This document shows positions 58,666 through 64,000 of a stretch of 64,000 bases of DNA, piece by piece. The stretch lies in NCBI GenBank assembly GCA_002425415.1, contig DIMG01000033.1, positions 5,637-69,636 of the forward strand. The letters are read 5' to 3'. The translations under genes were made by a program, and so were the position numbers. The first letter of the stretch is position 1. Every line of letters begins with the position of its first letter. The notes under the pieces are model-generated. The model ran no database searches and had not been told where the DNA came from. It worked only from the letters and a program-made list of their open reading frames with translations. Source of the stretch: Micavibrio sp. UBA5572 (lineage in GTDB: Bacteria; Pseudomonadota; Alphaproteobacteria; Micavibrionales; Micavibrionaceae).

Positions 58666-59496
58666 ATGAAAAAATATATTATTCTCTTTTTTCTACTCAC
58701 CTTTTCCCTGCCAACCATAGCCGATGATACAGAATCCGCCTATGACCGCGTCCTACGCACTGGTGTCATCCGTTGTGGTTACATTGTTTATCCCAAACAA
58801 ATTGAAATCGACCCCAATACAGGAACAATGTCAGGGATCGCTTACGACATTACCGAAGCTGCCGCCAAAGAACTTGGATTTAAAATAGAATGGAGCGAAG
58901 AAGTCGGCACAGGAACATTTGTCGAAGGACTCAAAAACCAACGCTTTGACCTGCTATGTAACACCGCTTACGATTCCGCTGCTCGTTCCCGCTATATCAG
59001 CTCAAGCATCCCCCTCTTTCACACTCCCGTTTTTGCTCTGGCTCGCACAAACGATACAAGGTTTTCAGATGACTTATCCGCCATCAACAATCCTGATGTC
59101 AAAATTGGAACAGTAGATGGATCTCAATACACCATCATTGCCCAACAAACATTCCCCAAGGCTCAACTGGTCAGCTTTGTTGATATGACAGACTTTTCCC
59201 AGCTCCTTTTGGAAACACAAACCGGAAAAACAGACATCGGGCTTGCCGATTTGGCCATCACTAAAAAATATATGGAAGCCAATCCGGGAAAACTTAAAAC
59301 CATTAGCACAAAGCCAGTTCGATTTTACAGCAATGTCTTTCTTTATCGTAGAGGAGACGAAAAATTCGGCGGCATGTTTGATACCGCGCTCAGAAACCTT
59401 CATAATTTCGGAATAGTCGAAAAAATTCTTGAAAAATATGAAAACAACACAAAAATCTACTACCGCATAGCCCCTCTCTACCAAAAACCGGAGTAA
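58666..59496 (+). CDS. periplasmic solute-binding protein (family 3), paralog of 32341..33249
   Basis: Signal peptide, then YDRVLRTGVIRCGYIVYP...DPNTGTMSGIAYD...GFKIEW. This aligns by eye with YERVVASKTLRCGYLPYEP...DPNTGEVSGITHD...GFKIEW in the other gene. Confidence 0.75.
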   Translation: MKKYIILFFLLTFSLPTIADDTESAYDRVLRTGVIRCGYIVYPKQIEIDPNTGTMSGIAYDITEAAAKELGFKIEWSEEVGTGTFVEGLKNQRFDLLCNTAYDSAARSRYISSSIPLFHTPVFALARTNDTRFSDDLSAINNPDVKIGTVDGSQYTIIAQQTFPKAQLVSFVDMTDFSQLLLETQTGKTDIGLADLAITKKYMEANPGKLKTISTKPVRFYSNVFLYRRGDEKFGGMFDTALRNLHNFGIVEKILEKYENNTKIYYRIAPLYQKPE

Positions 59497-59505
59497 CGCA
59501 GGCTC

Positions 59506-60039
59506 ATGACATTGTTTGGGAAACTTAAAATCAAAACAGAAAAAGCCAAAATCCAACGCACGAAATTCATTGGGGATGTAAAAAATACATCTCCTGAATT
59601 CCAGATTGCCACGTGGTTTGGCTCGGGTCTGATTGTACCCGCTTCCGGCACTTGGGGGACAGTCGGCGGAGCGATTTTTGCCATTATACTTATGGCAACA
59701 ACATCATCCCTTATAACCTTTCTCGTTGCCTGTTTTCTAACTCTCATTGGATACTGGGCAACAAAAAAAATTGAAAGCCAATCAACAGAACATGACAGCT
59801 CGTTCATTGTCATTGATGAAGTCGTGGCAATCTTATTTGTCTATGCTCTTATGCCCCAATTTTCCGTTACTTTTGTTATACTGGGGTTTATAATCTTTAG
59901 AATATTTGACGCGGCCAAACCATGGCCGATCAACTGGCTGGATCATAATATAGGCGGTGCAGCAGGCGTAATCATTGATGATTTGATGGCAGCGCTCTAT
60001 ACTTTATCACTCTTATGGGGGATTTATGGACTTATCTGA
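59506..60039 (+). CDS. pgpA: phosphatidylglycerophosphatase A
   Basis: GSGLIVPASGTWGT and VIDEVVA motifs in a membrane protein. Confidence 0.85.
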   Translation: MTLFGKLKIKTEKAKIQRTKFIGDVKNTSPEFQIATWFGSGLIVPASGTWGTVGGAIFAIILMATTSSLITFLVACFLTLIGYWATKKIESQSTEHDSSFIVIDEVVAILFVYALMPQFSVTFVILGFIIFRIFDAAKPWPINWLDHNIGGAAGVIIDDLMAALYTLSLLWGIYGLI

Positions 60040-60508
60040 TTTGGTCAAAACACTCAGCGATGTGTTGAAAACAAAAAAATTAAAACTCGCCACCGCAGAA
60101 TCTTGTACGGGCGGACTAATTTCTATGTTGATTACAGACCTTGCAGGATCATCGGATGTTTTTGACCGTGGCTTCGTCACATATTCCAACCAATCCAAAA
60201 TAGATATGCTGGAAGTGTCTCCATTGACGCTTGACCGTCACGGCGCAGTCAGTGAACAAACGGCCATCGAAATGGCGAAAGGGGCTATAAAACAATCCCA
60301 GGCCGACATTGCCATTGCCGTCACGGGGATAGCAGGGCCAAGCGGTGGAACGCCGGATAAACCTGTCGGCCTTGTCTATATCGGATTTGCCCGAAAAAAC
60401 GGAGAATCTTTTGCCATTAAAAATCTATTTCATGGCGATCGAACAGCAATCCGAAAAACTACCGCCAAAACAGCCCTTGAAACAGTCCTGAACAAAATCG
60501 GGGAATAA
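60026..60508 (+). CDS. pncC: CinA C-terminal domain / nicotinamide-nucleotide amidohydrolase PncC
   Basis: LATAESCTGGLI, AVTGIAGPSGG and GLVYIG. Confidence 0.85.
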   Translation: MDLSDLVKTLSDVLKTKKLKLATAESCTGGLISMLITDLAGSSDVFDRGFVTYSNQSKIDMLEVSPLTLDRHGAVSEQTAIEMAKGAIKQSQADIAIAVTGIAGPSGGTPDKPVGLVYIGFARKNGESFAIKNLFHGDRTAIRKTTAKTALETVLNKIGE

Positions 60509-60528
60509 TCTCCCGATCATTCTAAGCG

Positions 60529-61314
60529 TCAAGGTTTCAAAATTATACGAGCACTCACCGACATGGAAACTGTTGTTTTTCCAGGTTCAGCCACAGGTGC
60601 AGCCATTGAATCAGATGCAGCCCCCATAGACATCTCCATTTTTGCCATACCACGCATCATCGGCATAGGGGAAGGCATATAAGATCCATCCACATTCACT
60701 TCAACCAGATCAAATCCTGATTTCCCCAAAGCTTTCGAAATCAAAGCGGCTTTAGCCTGAATCTTTTTCAAAGCTCCTTCAAGTAGACTGTCCTTTTGCG
60801 CCTCTTCAAGATCAGTTGACAACCCGTAGGTCAGGCCATTCATAACAAATCCTTGATCCTGAATATCGCCGACCAGATCAAGAATAGCCTGAGAGTCTTT
60901 GGATTTTAAATTCAACTCCTGACTCCCCTTCCAAATCATTCCTTTTTTTCTCTGCTCAATCGACAAATTCTTTGGATTAGGATTAGGATCATAGGAATAA
61001 ACGTAATATTGACCGGTCACAACCGAGACATCCTTGTTTTTCTTGGCCAAATCAACCGCAGATCTCATCGCTTTATTGATTTTGTCCTGAACCGCACGGG
61101 ACTCTTTGTCTTCAATTTCCAACCGTAAACTGGCGATCAATTCATCCTGATCCACTTCTTTTTGATCGTTCGCAGACAACGTCACCAAGGTTTGACCTTT
61201 TTCCAAGATCGGTAATAACTCCTGAGCCTGTGCAGAAAACCCTCCCATCAAAAGTGGGGCAAGAAATCCGCAAATACCAAACAAAGCCAGAATTTTTCTC
61301 ATAACAATCCCCAT
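60529..61314 (-). CDS. SIMPL-domain (DUF541/BP26-like) periplasmic protein
   Basis: Signal peptide and a Met-rich segment near the C-terminus. The overall pattern resembles the 26-kDa periplasmic immunogenic protein family. Confidence 0.7.
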   Translation of the reverse strand: MGIVMRKILALFGICGFLAPLLMGGFSAQAQELLPILEKGQTLVTLSANDQKEVDQDELIASLRLEIEDKESRAVQDKINKAMRSAVDLAKKNKDVSVVTGQYYVYSYDPNPNPKNLSIEQRKKGMIWKGSQELNLKSKDSQAILDLVGDIQDQGFVMNGLTYGLSTDLEEAQKDSLLEGALKKIQAKAALISKALGKSGFDLVEVNVDGSYMPSPMPMMRGMAKMEMSMGAASDSMAAPVAEPGKTTVSMSVSARIILKP

Positions 61315-61333
61315 TTAAAATTAAATTAATTTT

Positions 61334-61816
61334 TCACCCTTCTTGTGAAGAGCCCTCATCATCGGAATCAAAACGCTCAGAGAGAGGATGATATAGTTGA
61401 TCCGCACGCTCAACAAAGGCCGACACCATTCTTTTGGCAATTTCGTTAAAGAAAACCCCCATGATCTTTTCAAAAACCGCATTTTTGAATTCAAAATCAA
61501 CATAGAAATCAACCGTAGAGCTTCCATCATCATGAGGAATAAATTTCCATTTATTTGAAAGATAGCGCAAAGGGCCGTTCACATATTCCACTTGAATGGT
61601 TTTATCGTCTTCAATATGAATTTTTGATAAGAACCATTCTTTGAATAATTTATACCCAATCACAAGATTGGCATAAATCCAGTCATCATTTCTTTTAATA
61701 ATCTTACAATCGATACACCACGGCAAAAAATCAGGATATTTCTCAATATCGATGACCAGATCAAACATCTGGTCAACACTGTAAGGCAGGGTCTTGGTTT
61801 CGGAATAAGTTGGCAT
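61334..61816 (-). CDS. ratA: SRPBCC/START-domain protein (RatA / COQ10-like)
   Basis: About 160 aa with LPYSVDQMFDLVIDIEKYPDFLPWC, typical of the lipA-linked alphaproteobacterial gene. Confidence 0.8.
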   Translation of the reverse strand: MPTYSETKTLPYSVDQMFDLVIDIEKYPDFLPWCIDCKIIKRNDDWIYANLVIGYKLFKEWFLSKIHIEDDKTIQVEYVNGPLRYLSNKWKFIPHDDGSSTVDFYVDFEFKNAVFEKIMGVFFNEIAKRMVSAFVERADQLYHPLSERFDSDDEGSSQEG

Positions 61817-63134
61817 AATTCAGTGTGACGGGTTGTGATCCTGAATGGAATATATCCCGAACAGGAATCATGTTGCTCAATACTGGAATTGTACCAGCAA
61901 CCTGCGAAACTGCAATGTTCCGATTATGAACAGCCAAATTATGAATTTCATCGAACTGCTCAGCACTACAAATACTCTGTTGGACAACAAATTCTTTAAT
62001 TGAACACGCAGAATCTGGGTTTTCAAGCCTATAAAACAGGAAATTCGCGGCTATTGGATACACATAAGCTTGCTTAAAGCTTGGATTGCAGTCATCACAA
62101 TCTGAAGAGTTATGATAAATATCGCACAGCTTTACTAAAGCCGCGATACGGGATGACGCACATTTGACGCTTACATAATCGTAAAAATAACTTTCTTCCT
62201 CTTCCTTATGCAATAATAAAGCGACATCCCGCAACGCAGGAGAAACAATTTCCGGCAGATCTTCTTTCATGGAAAAATTTGATTTTTCACCAATATCATG
62301 AATAAGAGCCGCCATAATTGCTAAAGAAATCTCTTTTTCATCAAACGAAAACAAAGGAGAAAATTGTGAAACAAAGCCAGCCACAGCCATCGGATGGTCA
62401 ACATAACGTTCTTCGGAAACTTTTCGCTGCTCACGAGAATGAAGATTAACACACAACAACAAAACAACTTGTTCTTGGGTAATTGCTCCTTGCGAAAATA
62501 ATTCTTGAATAAGAGGATACAATGCCTTTTTGGTAAAAGCCGAAAATGTTTTGTGAATATCCAAAGGATCAACAGGACTCTCTTCCTCCCGCATCTTCCC
62601 TTGAGATCCTTTATCCGGAGCATGATAACTCTTAAGAAGTTCACGCATCTCATGAACTGAAAGCTTTCCATTTGTACCAAAATCAATATCTCTCAATAAG
62701 CAATCCTGCTTCGCCGCATCCAAGCCGTCATCTTCAAAAACTCCGGAAATTATAGCGCGTTTTTCACTACCTTCTGAGGCAGACTCCGCAGAAAAAACAC
62801 CCTCGATCGTTTTGGCATTATAAAGCTTGATCACACGCTTTAAATAATCCATACGATTAAGCTGAGAGTCTTGGTGACGAGCAATCAACGCCGATGTCAT
62901 AAGAGAAAAAAGAAACGGGTCTATATTTCCTTGCCTCAGCTCTTCCTCACCATGAGTCATCCACCACTCTTTACGCGCAGCAAATTTTCTGAGCTGTCCC
63001 GTTGCGCTCATAAAATGGATAACGAGAGAATCACTGGCCTGATTTGACAAACCTAACGCCCGAGCAACCCCCACCATCATTCTGAAAGATGGAAGCAACA
63101 ACGATGCGGGTGAAAGAGACAACAAATCAGGCAT
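61773..63134 (-). CDS. hypothetical protein with C-terminal HD-hydrolase-like motifs
   Basis: 453 aa. YVDHPMAVAGFV ... AALIHDIGEKS ... KLCDIYHN are spaced like the H / HD / D..HN motifs of SpoT/Mesh1-type HD domains. The N-terminal 230 aa or so is unrecognised. Confidence 0.55.
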   Translation of the reverse strand: MPDLLSLSPASLLLPSFRMMVGVARALGLSNQASDSLVIHFMSATGQLRKFAARKEWWMTHGEEELRQGNIDPFLFSLMTSALIARHQDSQLNRMDYLKRVIKLYNAKTIEGVFSAESASEGSEKRAIISGVFEDDGLDAAKQDCLLRDIDFGTNGKLSVHEMRELLKSYHAPDKGSQGKMREEESPVDPLDIHKTFSAFTKKALYPLIQELFSQGAITQEQVVLLLCVNLHSREQRKVSEERYVDHPMAVAGFVSQFSPLFSFDEKEISLAIMAALIHDIGEKSNFSMKEDLPEIVSPALRDVALLLHKEEEESYFYDYVSVKCASSRIAALVKLCDIYHNSSDCDDCNPSFKQAYVYPIAANFLFYRLENPDSACSIKEFVVQQSICSAEQFDEIHNLAVHNRNIAVSQVAGTIPVLSNMIPVRDIFHSGSQPVTLNYANLFRNQDPALQC

Positions 63135-63193
63135 AAAGCCATATAAACTTTCACATAAAAAACATCAAGAAATTAATGGATTATGGAATAATT

Positions 63194-64000
63194 CTAACCG
63201 GATATTTTTCCGGATTTCTGAACCGCATTGGCTCTCGCCAAACGCAACTTCTCGAAATCCTCACCCGCATGGTGACTGGAACGCGTCAAAGGAGAGGCCG
63301 CAACCATCAAAAACCCCTTGGCTCGCGCCACTTTTTCCAAAGCAACGAACTCTTCGGGATCCCAAAAACGCTCAACAGGAGCATGTTTGGGGGTCGGCTG
63401 TAAATACTGCCCGACAGTCAGAAAATCGACACCGGCAGCCCGCATATCATCCAGAACCTGCCCGATTTCATCCAAAGTCTCCCCTAAACCAACCATCAGA
63501 CCGGATTTTGTATAAATTTCAGGATCGACTTCTTTAACCCGCTCCAACACCCTCAAAGAGGTATAATACCGAGCTCCGGGACGTATTTTGGGATACAAAC
63601 GTGGAATCGTTTCCAAATTATGATTGAAAACATCAGGCTTTGATTGTGCAACATTATCAACAGCCCCCAACTTTTTCTTAAAGTCAGGAGTTAAGATTTC
63701 AATCGTGGTTTCAGGGGATTTAAATCGAATCGCCTCAATCGTTTTTACAAAATGATCCGCGCCACCATCGGCCAGATCATCCCGATCAACCGAGGTAATC
63801 ACAACATGTTTTAACCCCATCTTTTCGACCGCGACACCAATCCGCAAAGGCTCCATTTTATCCAGCGCATCGGGCTTACCCGTAGCCACATTGCAAAAAG
63901 CACACGCCCGCGTACAAATCTCGCCCATAATCATAAAAGTAGCGTGTTTCTTATTCCAGCACTCACCAATATTGGGGCATCCGGCCTCTTCACAAACCGT
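63194..64000 (-). CDS. lipA: lipoyl synthase (5' end beyond window)
   Basis: Radical-SAM [10 protein letters not shown] motif, plus ITSVDRDDL and SGLMVGLGE. The frame is open to the window edge. Confidence 0.9.
   Translation of the reverse strand, partial: TVCEEAGCPNIGECWNKKHATFMIMGEICTRACAFCNVATGKPDALDKMEPLRIGVAVEKMGLKHVVITSVDRDDLADGGADHFVKTIEAIRFKSPETTIEILTPDFKKKLGAVDNVAQSKPDVFNHNLETIPRLYPKIRPGARYYTSLRVLERVKEVDPEIYTKSGLMVGLGETLDEIGQVLDDMRAAGVDFLTVGQYLQPTPKHAPVERFWDPEEFVALEKVARAKGFLMVAASPLTRSSHHAGEDFEKLRLARANAVQKSGKISG

Overview
This window reads as a densely packed core-chromosome segment of a moderately AT-rich alphaproteobacterium. That assignment is an inference from gene order: atpI-B-E-F'-F; nadD-rsfS-rlmH-envC-ctpA-yibQ-rppH; rplU-rpmA-obg-proB; bolA/J-protein/cobS-cobT; fdxA-carD; ntrYX...hfq-hflX; ispDF...pgpA-cinA; lipA...ratA. 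About 65 protein-coding genes can be supported. Most are recognisable housekeeping genes identified from motifs visible in the supplied translations. By eye I found no rRNA, tRNA, CRISPR array, transposase/IS or prophage module. XerD is the only recombinase and looks chromosomal. The most unusual items are: (1) a CarD/CdnL transcription factor carrying a roughly 258-aa histone-H1-like Lys/Ala/Thr-rich N-terminal extension; (2) a small orphan islet at 48.2-49.7 kb with a Gly/Tyr/Arg-rich low-complexity protein and an ORF interrupted by one in-frame TAA; (3) a 453-aa protein with SpoT/Mesh1-like HD-hydrolase motifs sitting between lipA and ratA; (4) an orphan islet at 12.6-16.3 kb that includes a self-contained 31-codon lysine-rich gene with its own extended -10 element and terminator; (5) a fused aroK-aroB ORF containing an 11-nt homopolymer; (6) two paralogous orphan solute-binding proteins lying inside clusters I expect to be conserved. 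All functional calls come from motif and synteny recognition without database searches. Start codons are often uncertain.
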